IMG/VR virus record: IMGVR_UViG_3300030419_005456
Location: 61,571-125,570 of that record
Source of the DNA: a virus
Strand: one strand, 5' to 3'
Length of the DNA: 64,000 nt
The first letter of the stretch is position 1. Every line of letters starts with the position of its first letter. The position numbers and the translations under genes were made by a program. The notes beneath the pieces were generated by a model. It searched no databases, was not told the origin of the DNA, and saw only the letters and a program-made list of their open reading frames with translations. Below are positions 19,301 to 28,022 of the stretch, one piece after another.

Positions 19301-19691
19301 CGTCTGTGTCTGAATACTTTAGAATTACTAAGTTAAGAGAATTGAGTTGACACCATTCTTGTTTGTCTCTGTCTCGCTTTTGAGATCTAAAGAAATCAAG
19401 TTTGTTCCCGTGGAAGTGTTTTACAAATTCATAGTGCTGGCGACCATGAACTTCCACCACAAGCGAGCGAGAAGATAAAAAGAAGTCTGCACGAAGGACA
19501 TTTCTTACCGATCCGTGGCTAGATCCCGGCAGGGGAACTTCCTCGTATAATGTATCACGGGGGAATACGTATTGCAAGACTTTTTTTGCTCTTTGGTGCA
19601 AATTTGATCTGGATTTATTATCAACACCTCGAACAAAATATTTTGAAAAATTGAAATTCCTTTCCCTGCCGTCAAATCCGATTACTTTCAT
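19266..19691 (-). CDS. Vsr/DUF559-like endonuclease
   Basis: LRADFF...VVEVHGRQHY...RDRDKQEWC. Confidence 0.75.
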   Translation of the reverse strand: MKVIGFDGRERNFNFSKYFVRGVDNKSRSNLHQRAKKVLQYVFPRDTLYEEVPLPGSSHGSVRNVLRADFFLSSRSLVVEVHGRQHYEFVKHFHGNKLDFFRSQKRDRDKQEWCQLNSLNLVILKYSDTDDEWKKELAGVL

Positions 19692-20749
19692 TAGCCGTAC
19701 AACTCTTTATAATATTTGTTTTGCAGGACATCCCAAAGGTCGTTGTCAGTAAGATACTGACACAACTTTAGGGAACCTTGTACTTTTACTGGGTTTTCAT
19801 TTGATTCCTCTAAAAAGCTTAACGTATACCAAGAACTACTTGCAGGCTTATCAAGGATGGTAGGAATCTCTGAGCATTTTTCTATAATTTCTTGTTTCCA
19901 GTCTAGTCCAATTCCATACCTAAGATAGCTAACCACTTCGGTGTTGGGAAATCCTCCAGACGCAGATGTTACTATTTTCCAATGTATCTTTTGCCCTACT
20001 TGCTTTTCTTGTTCGTCCCAAGGCTGAGTGTAAGCTATCTCCATAATATAATCGCATTGATAGCGAATCTTACGTCCACCATCTACCATCTTGCTCTTTC
20101 TGCTAGGACTAGTGTCTGCTATCATATGGTTGATAAAAATAACTATAGCTCTTTGTGCAGGAACAACTTGGCAGATCTTGCTGGTAAACAAGCCCATGAT
20201 TCTTGGAACGCCAGCCCTAAATCCACTCTTGTCAAATTTGTAGTCCAACTCATCTCTGGTGGCCAAAGCTGATACCGAGTCGATGATTATTACAGCGTTC
20301 GGAACGGCATCAAGCACGTCTTCTACAGAGTTAACTACATCCTCTGCTGGCCAACCTTTGGCTTTTTTATAGACGGTTAACTTTTCTCTGTCTAATCCTT
20401 CAATTCCATCGAGCGCGTTAGTTCCAAATCTACCCTCAACGTCATAATAGTATATAGGTCTAGAGCCATATTCTTCTTTTTGACAGTTAGCTGCAAATTG
20501 AACAGCCGTGGTGGTTTTTCCAGATTTAGGGTCACCAGCCATTTGTACAAATGACCCCTCTCTAATTCCGCCACCAAGACCCAAATCCAACGAAGGGCTT
20601 ACAGGAATAACCTGTCTATTAGTAACGTCTTCAAACAGAGCTTCCCCAGTCCAAGCTTGAATACCGTAGCGTTTTTCTTGAGACTGATTGACTTGCCCCT
20701 GAGAAACAGCCGTGATTACATTTCCTTCTTTTGCTTTTTTCTTAGCCAT
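19691..20749 (-). CDS. recA: RecA/UvsX recombinase
   Basis: SLDLGLGGGI, GDPKSGKTT, YDVE, IIIDSV, FINH, GGRKI. Confidence 0.9.
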   Translation of the reverse strand: MAKKKAKEGNVITAVSQGQVNQSQEKRYGIQAWTGEALFEDVTNRQVIPVSPSLDLGLGGGIREGSFVQMAGDPKSGKTTTAVQFAANCQKEEYGSRPIYYYDVEGRFGTNALDGIEGLDREKLTVYKKAKGWPAEDVVNSVEDVLDAVPNAVIIIDSVSALATRDELDYKFDKSGFRAGVPRIMGLFTSKICQVVPAQRAIVIFINHMIADTSPSRKSKMVDGGRKIRYQCDYIMEIAYTQPWDEQEKQVGQKIHWKIVTSASGGFPNTEVVSYLRYGIGLDWKQEIIEKCSEIPTILDKPASSSWYTLSFLEESNENPVKVQGSLKLCQYLTDNDLWDVLQNKYYKELYG

Positions 20750-21146
20750 CTAATTTCCTAATAAAGCTTTTCTGTCCATAGGGTTTGGATGGACGAGACT
20801 GAGTATGGTCTTCATAGTGAGAACCTTTTATGTCAATCTTATCCAACTTGTTCTGTTCTTTTTGAATGAGTTTTTCAAGCGTCTTAACTCTGAGAGAATA
20901 AATAGACTTACCCTGATAAGAGTTCAGGGCGTTTATGATCGCTTTGTCTTGGTATTTTTTTAACAACTGATATGCTTTTGTAACTTGGCTTTGAAATTTC
21001 TTTTGCCATTTCTTTGTGTTCCACAGAGCATAAGCAGGTCTACCGACATTTTCTTTTTCTGCTTCTCTAAGGCATACCAATTCAGCTATGTACTGAGCGG
21101 CATTACACTCCTGTCCCGTTGTCTTGTGTTTGTAACCCTTGTTCAT
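20742..21146 (-). CDS. Hypothetical protein
   Basis: ORF in operon. Confidence 0.6.
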   Translation of the reverse strand: MNKGYKHKTTGQECNAAQYIAELVCLREAEKENVGRPAYALWNTKKWQKKFQSQVTKAYQLLKKYQDKAIINALNSYQGKSIYSLRVKTLEKLIQKEQNKLDKIDIKGSHYEDHTQSRPSKPYGQKSFIRKLDG

Positions 21147-21585
21147 TCAATACTCCATTCTTTGTTATCAAATATTCTAGAGATTCACTAATGTTTCTCT
21201 CTTCAATAGCTTCCGGTATAACTTCAGGCATTCTCCATTTGCGGGCATAAAGTTTTCCTTCGCTGAGTCTACCAACAACAAAAGAATGTACTGTTTCATC
21301 CCCAAAAAGAAAAGCACCCGCAGCTTTACAGAAAAAATATCCGTCATCCCCTTCACCAACAGTTTCTAGGTGAGAACGGTTTTTGAAGCTCATTTTTGTG
21401 ATGTGCAAGTCGTTGGCATCACAGTATATTTTCAATCTTTCCCACGCGCTTGGAGGGGTGATTCCCGGTCTGCCGTCATCTTGATAGACCGTTTCTCCAT
21501 TAGATAGCTCTACTATCCACATAGGGTTAGTATCGCCGTACACGTTTACGTAAGAATCCAGTTGTCTAGAAACAAATGCGTTCAT
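21103..21585 (-). CDS. Hypothetical protein
   Basis: ORF in operon. Confidence 0.6.
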   Translation of the reverse strand: MNAFVSRQLDSYVNVYGDTNPMWIVELSNGETVYQDDGRPGITPPSAWERLKIYCDANDLHITKMSFKNRSHLETVGEGDDGYFFCKAAGAFLFGDETVHSFVVGRLSEGKLYARKWRMPEVIPEAIEERNISESLEYLITKNGVLNEQGLQTQDNGTGV

Positions 21586-21905
21586 TTTTCTTTGTTGATT
21601 ATATATATAGAATTTTTGTGGGTTGCGCTTAAGTTTATTCTATCTGATCGAGTTTCATCGGCGGCCTGAGAAGCGTTGGGGGTCATTATAGTCACCCCTC
21701 TATCTTCCCTCCTTGCCATAAGATCGCCAACGGGTGAACCTTTTTCTTCAGGTTCGTCGTCTCTACCAAGCTCTTCAGATATGTACTTTTTAACACAGTT
21801 TACCGTCCTGTTAAGATCTGTCGCTATATCAGCGGCTGCTCTGTCAGGATTGTTTTCTATATAAAACTTTTCAACCTTATTAAGCTTTCCTGTTTTTTTA
21901 GCCAT
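21582..21905 (-). CDS. Hypothetical protein, possible N-terminal HTH
   Basis: AADIATDLNRTVNCVKKY. Confidence 0.55.
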   Translation of the reverse strand: MAKKTGKLNKVEKFYIENNPDRAAADIATDLNRTVNCVKKYISEELGRDDEPEEKGSPVGDLMARREDRGVTIMTPNASQAADETRSDRINLSATHKNSIYIINKEK

Positions 21906-22221
21906 CCAAACATTTCCTTTCTGCTCTTAAAAACATTTCCCGTTTACTTGTCTTTAAGTATTCAGTGTACAAATCAAAAGTGTCTTTTGATACTTTTCTG
22001 TAATCGGTTTGTACTGAGTTTATTTTATTTGCGTCTGCGCCTTTAGGATCAAACAGTCTAGACCTAAAAAATTTAATATAATATTGTTCAGAATTATCTA
22101 GGCTGATTTCGTAAGCGCAAGAGTTGAGACCCTCTTCTTCAGCGGTAGTCCCGTCTGTTTGCAAATAGGTACGTTCTCTCTTTGGTTCTTTAACAAAGTC
22201 TTCGGCTGTCGGTGAAATCAT
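21898..22221 (-). CDS. Hypothetical protein
   Basis: ORF in operon. Confidence 0.6.
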   Translation of the reverse strand: MISPTAEDFVKEPKRERTYLQTDGTTAEEEGLNSCAYEISLDNSEQYYIKFFRSRLFDPKGADANKINSVQTDYRKVSKDTFDLYTEYLKTSKREMFLRAERKCLDG

Positions 22222-22532
22222 TCTTTGTCCATTTCTATAATCATTGTTCCATCTTCTTCATACATGGCTGACACTACGTCTCTTGATTTTATTGTAGAGT
22301 GAAAGTACTGACCAGTCAATGTATGAGTCCAGCTTTCACCCCGTTCGCCATCATTACATCTTTTATTTATGCACCTAACCTTGACCTTATGGGAGTCCCC
22401 AGTATCACGAACTTTTAGCATATTAAGTAGAGGTCTACCGCAATCTGCACAAGAAATCAGGGTCACTCCCATATCAACGGCTGGGGCTAACTCTTCTTCT
22501 TCATTTTCAAGATCTTGTATTTCTTCATTCAT
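22218..22532 (-). CDS. Hypothetical zinc-binding protein
   Basis: CADC...CINKRC. Confidence 0.55.
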   Translation of the reverse strand: MNEEIQDLENEEEELAPAVDMGVTLISCADCGRPLLNMLKVRDTGDSHKVKVRCINKRCNDGERGESWTHTLTGQYFHSTIKSRDVVSAMYEEDGTMIIEMDKE

Positions 22533-22536
22533 TATA

Positions 22537-22980
22537 TTACCACATTTTGCAAGACCAATATCTTGCCTTCCATTTAGGGCCGGGGTTATCGCAATTATGT
22601 CTAGCTCTAAAACTCTTGCGTCTTGCCGGATCGTTTTTCTTAATTTTCATATTAGGATCTCCGAAGTTAACTTTAACTACGTTACCCTTTTCATTTTTAA
22701 CATATACAGAACGCTTCTTTGGCCCGTCAGGAGTCAAGAAAGGTTTGTTAAGTGTTACCTTTCTTCCTTGATACTCGGCGGCTTCAGCGTATTCTGTCCA
22801 TTCTTCATTCCAGTTGTCTTCTAAAGAGCCTTTGCTAGAGCCGATTTTGCGACAGCTTCCGGGTTCGCCCTTTCTGGTGTTAGGAACTCTTTCGTAACCC
22901 TTCCAGCAAGCGCCCGTTTTTGGATCGCTAGTCGTAGCGTCTTGAGAATATTGGTTCATTGCGTCTATATATTTTTTCAT
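22537..22980 (-). CDS. Conserved phage protein (DUF6321-like)
   Basis: VVKVNFGDPNMKIKK...RRKSFRARHNC...RYWSC, a motif recalled from T4-like marine phages. Confidence 0.65.
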   Translation of the reverse strand: MKKYIDAMNQYSQDATTSDPKTGACWKGYERVPNTRKGEPGSCRKIGSSKGSLEDNWNEEWTEYAEAAEYQGRKVTLNKPFLTPDGPKKRSVYVKNEKGNVVKVNFGDPNMKIKKNDPARRKSFRARHNCDNPGPKWKARYWSCKMW

Positions 22981-23330
22981 TTTTTACCCTCCCTTATGTA
23001 TCTTTGCTTTTGTTGTGGACTCATTTTTTGAATTTCCTTTGGAGTAGCGTCTCCCGCTTTCTCTTTCCACGTTTTCTTCTTTAAATTTCCCTTGGCTTGC
23101 TGTTCTCTTCTTTTGCTTAGTTCATAGCTTCCCATTTTTTTGGTGTTGTTTTCTGCTAATTGACCTAAAGTTTTTGCCTCCCCCTTCACGAAAACTAGGG
23201 GCGGGTTGTCGTAGACTTGTTGGAGATCTCGCTTTCCACACTTTGTGCATGGTTCTGGCTGTTCGTGAAATCTGTGGAACGTTTCAAAAACGTGTCCGCA
23301 GGCATTACAGGAGTAATCGTAGGTTGGAAT
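22977..23330 (-). CDS. FmdB-family zinc-ribbon protein (ATT start)
   Basis: Frame extends 47 codons beyond the track ORF: IPTYDYSCNACGHVFE...PCTKCG; GGAG 8 nt before ATT; upstream in-frame TAA with no ATG between. Confidence 0.8.
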   Translation of the reverse strand: MPTYDYSCNACGHVFETFHRFHEQPEPCTKCGKRDLQQVYDNPPLVFVKGEAKTLGQLAENNTKKMGSYELSKRREQQAKGNLKKKTWKEKAGDATPKEIQKMSPQQKQRYIREGKK

Positions 23331-23698
23331 TTTAATAGCTCCGTTTCTCTTTGTTTTTTATATTTTTCGGCTTTTTGCAGAGAAGATGTTCCCGCTGCGT
23401 TTAGATACCACAAAAGCCAAAACTGAAAGGCAGCAACGCCTAGTATGGCATACCAAGCCAGCTTTCTTTTGTAATTATATAATATCGTTAAAACACCCAA
23501 AACGACAACAAGACCCATAACTTTACAAAGCATAAAAAGTGCTACCTGACCGTCCGAAGCCCTTATCAAGTATCTACCAATAGGGTTAACTTCTGTGTCA
23601 ATCAGAACATCCTGTAAAACTATAGACCAGTAAACGTCTATGGCGGAAATAAAACCTATGCTAATCCACAAAAAACCATATATTATTCTCTTAATCAT
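23195..23698 (-). CDS. Membrane protein (3 TM, DUF5658-like)
   Basis: Hydrophobic segments, D...EVNPIG motif. Confidence 0.6.
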   Translation of the reverse strand: MIKRIIYGFLWISIGFISAIDVYWSIVLQDVLIDTEVNPIGRYLIRASDGQVALFMLCKVMGLVVVLGVLTILYNYKRKLAWYAILGVAAFQFWLLWYLNAAGTSSLQKAEKYKKQRETELLKFQPTITPVMPADTFLKRSTDFTNSQNHAQSVESEISNKSTTTRP

Positions 23699-24365
23699 CT
23701 GACAATCTAGATAGTATTCTGGCGATGACATCGTTTCTAATAATATCATCTGTCGTAAGTTCACAAATTCCTACGCCTTCCACGTCTTCTAATCTGTCCA
23801 AACAATTTTCAAGTCCTCCCCTAAGATTATAGGGCAAATCGCTTTGATCAATATCGCCGTTTATTACGGCTTTTGAGTTCCTTCCAATTCTAGTGAGAAA
23901 CATTTTTATTTGTTCGTAGGTACAGTTTTGTGCTTCGTCTAATATCATGAAGGCATTATGAAAATTTCTTCCCCTCATGTATTCCAAAGGACACACCTCA
24001 ATCAAGTTCATAGTGCGAAGAGAATTAACCTTGTCTGGCAAAAGGTATTGATTTAGCTCTTCTAGTACTGGCACTAAATACGGATGTATTTTTTCTGTAA
24101 AAGTTCCGGGCAGGTAGCCTAAACCCCTGCCAGATTCAACGACAGGTCTTGTGACTATAATCTTGTCTATTTTTTTATCTAAAATATGCTCAGAAGCTAA
24201 CCCTACGGCAACTGCTGTTTTTCCAGTTCCCGCTGGACCGATACATAATGTAACATCTTCTTCAGCCATTGTTCTGATATAATCTGCTTGATTATCTGTT
24301 TTTGGCTTTAGTGGTTTTCGTTTTCTTGTGTTTTGGTTTTGTTTTCTTTGTTTGCGTCTTGTCAT
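23691..24365 (-). CDS. phoH: PhoH-family ATPase
   Basis: GPAGTGKT, TRPVVE, LGYLPG, YMRGRNF, DEAQN, GDIDQSD. Confidence 0.96.
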   Translation of the reverse strand: MTRRKQRKQNQNTRKRKPLKPKTDNQADYIRTMAEEDVTLCIGPAGTGKTAVAVGLASEHILDKKIDKIIVTRPVVESGRGLGYLPGTFTEKIHPYLVPVLEELNQYLLPDKVNSLRTMNLIEVCPLEYMRGRNFHNAFMILDEAQNCTYEQIKMFLTRIGRNSKAVINGDIDQSDLPYNLRGGLENCLDRLEDVEGVGICELTTDDIIRNDVIARILSRLSDD

Positions 24366-24368
24366 GTA

Positions 24369-24839
24369 TTATTTGCCCGACGAACCAAAACCTCCAGAAC
24401 CTCTGGCTGTGGAGGATAGTTCTTGTATTTCTTCTAGTCTAAATAAAGGAACTTCTTGAAGGAGGATTTGCGCTATGCGATCCCCCTGAGAAACGATAAA
24501 TCCTGAGCCTGATTTTTTTGTGTTGTGAAGGCAAACTTTAACCTCACCTCTATAGCCAGAATCTATAACTCCAGCATGTCTATGAACGCCTTTGACGCCA
24601 AGAGAAGATCTATCCCAAATTAATCCAACGTAGCCATCTGGTATTTCTAGTGAAATTCCGGTACTAATTAAGGTTATGTCTCCGGGCAATAGTTCTACAT
24701 GCTGATCTGCATATATGTCCCAACCCGCATCGGTTAAGTTTGCTTTAGTTGGAATGATAGCTGTTTCTGTTAATCTTTTTACCCCAAACTTCAAGTACTC
24801 TCCGTACTTATTGTATTTCCGTGGTGGTGTTATTGCCAT
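24369..24839 (-). CDS. dut: dUTPase (trimeric)
   Basis: AGWDI, RSSL, GVIDSGYRGE, DRIAQ, RGSGGFGSSG. Confidence 0.97.
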   Translation of the reverse strand: MAITPPRKYNKYGEYLKFGVKRLTETAIIPTKANLTDAGWDIYADQHVELLPGDITLISTGISLEIPDGYVGLIWDRSSLGVKGVHRHAGVIDSGYRGEVKVCLHNTKKSGSGFIVSQGDRIAQILLQEVPLFRLEEIQELSSTARGSGGFGSSGK

Positions 24840-24852
24840 GGTATTATTTTCC

Positions 24853-27048
24853 TTAGACTAATTCACATGCTCCTCCAGAACAAGCCCATTCCTGTTCGGG
24901 CTTGACATTATCCTGTTCTTCTATAACGTCTGTATAATTTACCTCTTTATACTCTCGTTTTAAATCCACCCATTCTTTCCAGTTGTACACATCTTTCATG
25001 CAATATGTCAACTTTTTCATATCTCCTTCCATATATTTATCTGCAAACTTTGCGCATCTCTTCATCCAGTTTCTCTTGGCTCCACCTCTGACTGACTTGC
25101 CAATACCAAGAAGTGAGTCGCAAGCAGCCCAAAGGTTATCTTCCCATAGGTCTAGGGCAACTTCTATGAGTCCGCTAACCCATAGTGAAGCGTCACCGTA
25201 ATGAGCAACCTGTTCGCTTGGTAGATATATGGTAGTAAATGGGGCTTGTGGATAATCCTTATCTCCAGTTACTGGCAGTAAAGAAATTCCACAAAAGTAT
25301 TCTCTGTTCTTGTATATAAACTCTTCGACTTCATCCCATTCGTCTGGCTTTACGTTTATAGTGTTTGAAACATTGTGATTTAACCACGGCTTGGTACACA
25401 AGGAGTCGGTCTTACCTATCATAACCCAATTCTGCTGTGTGCTTCTCACGTATTCCAACAGATCTATAGCACCTATTTGATTTTTAGTCTTTGACCCCGC
25501 TGGAACTTCTATGCAAAAAGATACTACTTCATCACTATCATTTGCAGACCAAACAGACTCTTCACAAGCTGTAGGGTTTATTGTTTTAAAGTGCTGGTAA
25601 ATGTCTTCCATCTTATTGGCTTGTACACGCCGTATATATCGTTTGGCGTGGTGGGGATGTATCCCACTACTAGTGCCAAGAACGCAACTGGAAGTACCTT
25701 CCGGTTTAATACAGGTAGCCCTAGCCGCTGGATTAATTCCAATTTCTTTCGCTAGTTCTTTATTAACCTTTTTTACCAGTCTAGCACCTTTCTTTTGGAT
25801 GGCTGGATTTAAGCAAATTTCGTGACTTTCCATCATGCCTGTCATCGACACGCCAAGAAGAGATTCTCTCTTCAAGATGCGTTCGCTCACCTCGCCCAAA
25901 TAAGGAAGCTCTATAAAACCAGCCTGTAAGGTTCCGATGATAGCTGCTGCTCGGCAAGACTCATAAAAGTCTTCTTCTGTTTTTATTTTAGCGCAATTAA
26001 TGGTGCTGAGATTACACGCCTGCCAGCCTGATTCTCCGGTTTTTACATCAACCGGATACATGCCAATTTCAACACAGGGATTTACTATAAGATCTCTATG
26101 ATCTGACCAGACAAATCCCGGCTCTCCAAATTCACGAACGGATTGCATTAACTCGTGGAATTTTTTAGCGGAGGTTTTATTCCGAATGAGAAGTGCTGAG
26201 TTGTTAGACCTTCCTCTTTGCGGGTTTTCGTGAAACCAGTTGCCGGTTTTAGCCTTGGCCATATCCTCGTCGTCAGGAGAAAACAAGCATATCGTTGCTG
26301 AACGTCTAACACCACCAGATATAACGGCGTCGGCGGCATGCATAATTATATCGTATGCTTCGATTGGGTTTAGTTTTCTTAGTTCTTGAGAGCAAAAATC
26401 TGCGTTTTTAATAGCCTTTTCTAATATCTTTCTTATATTTGTTAAGGCTTTTTTTAGGGGTTCTGGGCCGGGAGCTTTACCAGCACTAGAACTTAAATAA
26501 GATCCTGCGGGTCTAATTTTAGAAAAATCAAACTGAACACTTTTACCTGTGTATTCTGGAAAAAGTTCTTCTTGCTCAAAGTAGCTAGAAATCAAGACGC
26601 CAACAGCGTCCGACCAACCTTCTATACTGTCTTCAACAACAAACTTTTTGTTAGTTCTTTTTGTTCCTTTTATAAAGTATGGAAGTTTAGCGATATGGTG
26701 TTTCTGAACAGAAAAGCCAGTGCCACAACCACACAGTAGAAGATACATGCACTCTTGAAAAAATCTAAGTCGATCACAATAAGAAGAAATGCAGTTATAG
26801 ATTCTTGCATTATGTTTTAAGATTGGCTTGCCGCCAAACTGAAGCGCTCTTTGAGAACCCAGAATACGCTTCTTGTACATCATGTCATAAGCCCATGCTA
26901 TATCACCGTTCTGATCGGGATATTTTTCGTGCATCATATTCATAACACGATCTACAGATTCACGCCATGTTTCTCTCCTTTTTTTCTCTGGAATCCATCT
27001 TGCGTATTTAGAAACAAAAGCGTAGTTCTGTAGTTCACTGGCTGACAT
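24853..27048 (-). CDS. nrdJ: Class II (adenosylcobalamin-dependent) ribonucleotide reductase
   Basis: YNC, GGVRRSA, NPCVEI, CNL, TCIKPEGT, C-terminal CSGGAC. Confidence 0.92.
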   Translation of the reverse strand: MSASELQNYAFVSKYARWIPEKKRRETWRESVDRVMNMMHEKYPDQNGDIAWAYDMMYKKRILGSQRALQFGGKPILKHNARIYNCISSYCDRLRFFQECMYLLLCGCGTGFSVQKHHIAKLPYFIKGTKRTNKKFVVEDSIEGWSDAVGVLISSYFEQEELFPEYTGKSVQFDFSKIRPAGSYLSSSAGKAPGPEPLKKALTNIRKILEKAIKNADFCSQELRKLNPIEAYDIIMHAADAVISGGVRRSATICLFSPDDEDMAKAKTGNWFHENPQRGRSNNSALLIRNKTSAKKFHELMQSVREFGEPGFVWSDHRDLIVNPCVEIGMYPVDVKTGESGWQACNLSTINCAKIKTEEDFYESCRAAAIIGTLQAGFIELPYLGEVSERILKRESLLGVSMTGMMESHEICLNPAIQKKGARLVKKVNKELAKEIGINPAARATCIKPEGTSSCVLGTSSGIHPHHAKRYIRRVQANKMEDIYQHFKTINPTACEESVWSANDSDEVVSFCIEVPAGSKTKNQIGAIDLLEYVRSTQQNWVMIGKTDSLCTKPWLNHNVSNTINVKPDEWDEVEEFIYKNREYFCGISLLPVTGDKDYPQAPFTTIYLPSEQVAHYGDASLWVSGLIEVALDLWEDNLWAACDSLLGIGKSVRGGAKRNWMKRCAKFADKYMEGDMKKLTYCMKDVYNWKEWVDLKREYKEVNYTDVIEEQDNVKPEQEWACSGGACELV

Positions 27049-27073
27049 TCATGTTGATCCGTCTGTTAGATAT

Positions 27074-27106
27074 AATAGAAAATCCGCAAGCCAAGGCGTG
27101 CGGATT
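27074..27106 (-). terminator. Hairpin AATCCGCA/TGCGGATT followed by TTCTATT, possible attenuator before nrdJ
   Basis: 8-bp perfect stem, weak U tract. Confidence 0.5.
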
Positions 27107-27274
27107 GGTTTGTTTTATTAAGAGCGACACGGGGTTAATTCAAGCATTTTGTTACAGTGGGGTTTGATGTTTTATTTACTTAGGATACATGGTTGAACTA
27201 AAATACTTGAAGCGTTTGCGTGTCGAGGGAGTGTCGCCCCAGCCCTAGTCGTGTACTGCTCTTTAATCCCCGAC
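27074..27274 (-). ncRNA. Structured ~200-nt leader RNA upstream of nrdJ
   Basis: Several long complementary segments, upstream GTGTATAATA motif and terminal hairpin. Confidence 0.55.
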
Positions 27275-27278
27275 AAAC

Positions 27279-27288
27279 TATTATACAC
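27279..27288 (-). promoter_or_regulatory. GTGTATAATA phage promoter motif (copy 1)
   Basis: Identical 10-mer at three gene boundaries, no -35 element. Confidence 0.6.
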
Positions 27289-27780
27289 CTAAAATAGTAT
27301 GCCTTGCTCTTCTTTATTTTTTTTGTCTTTTATGTTTTTTAGGTAAGACAGGTCGGGTAGCATTGTTATAATCTCTAACCCGTTTTCTACGAGATGATTG
27401 TAGACAATTTGATCGTCAATATTGCGACCGTGAACCACACTGTCTATTGGTACATACCATGTTCTGATGTTGTTTTGCCAAAGAAGTTTGGCGCACCTGT
27501 GACAAGGCATGTGTGTTATATAGGCTACCGCTGAAGGGGGGTGGATTACCATATTGCTTATGGCGTTTTCTTCAGCGTGTACCATATAAGGGTATTTATG
27601 AGGTCTCTTACTGGGTAAAGAGTCATCGTCTACCCCAGAGCAAAAACCGTTGTAGCCTATTGATATGACTTTTTTATCAGAAACTAATACGCAGCCCACT
27701 TTGGTTTGGGCGTCGTGGCTTCGAGAGGAGGCTAGATAAGCAAACCCCATAAAATAATCATGCCAAGTCGGTTTTTCCAT
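27289..27780 (-). CDS. dCMP deaminase
   Basis: KVGC, GYNG, HAEENA, PCHRC. Confidence 0.93.
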   Translation of the reverse strand: MEKPTWHDYFMGFAYLASSRSHDAQTKVGCVLVSDKKVISIGYNGFCSGVDDDSLPSKRPHKYPYMVHAEENAISNMVIHPPSAVAYITHMPCHRCAKLLWQNNIRTWYVPIDSVVHGRNIDDQIVYNHLVENGLEIITMLPDLSYLKNIKDKKNKEEQGILF

Positions 27781-27862
27781 CGCGTCTTTTCGTCCTTGAT
27801 CGACGTTGTTTCTTTAGTCGTTTCTTGTCTCTTTTACTTTTTCTTCTTATCGTTCTTCCCAT
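27758..27862 (-). CDS. Very basic 34-aa peptide
   Basis: Manual translation MGRTIRRKSKRDKKRLKKQRRSRTKRRDGKTDLA; fills the gap between neighbours. Confidence 0.45.
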   Translation of the reverse strand: MGRTIRRKSKRDKKRLKKQRRSRTKRRDGKTDLA

Positions 27863-28022
27863 TTTTAAATTCAGGATGCACCCAAGCCCAAGTGCCGCCT
27901 CTGGACAGAGCTACTAGTTTACGAAAGTTTTGAATCTGCGGCAAGACCCAAGCTGAAGTTTTTTCGTCAATCTCGAAAAGTTCACAGCCTTTTTCTTCGA
28001 GAGTTTTAATGTCCGGTTGCAT
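27834..28022 (-). CDS. Hypothetical protein
   Basis: ORF in operon. Confidence 0.5.
   Translation of the reverse strand: MQPDIKTLEEKGCELFEIDEKTSAWVLPQIQNFRKLVALSRGGTWAWVHPEFKNGKNDKKKK

Noticed and set aside
27074-27274. Leader RNA as a canonical cobalamin riboswitch, HDV-like ribozyme or SRP RNA
   Set aside because: Only a weak CCCCACUGUAA resemblance and no B12 box. The pseudoknot order is HDV-like but P3/L3/P1.1 cannot be placed. No SRP helix-8 motif.
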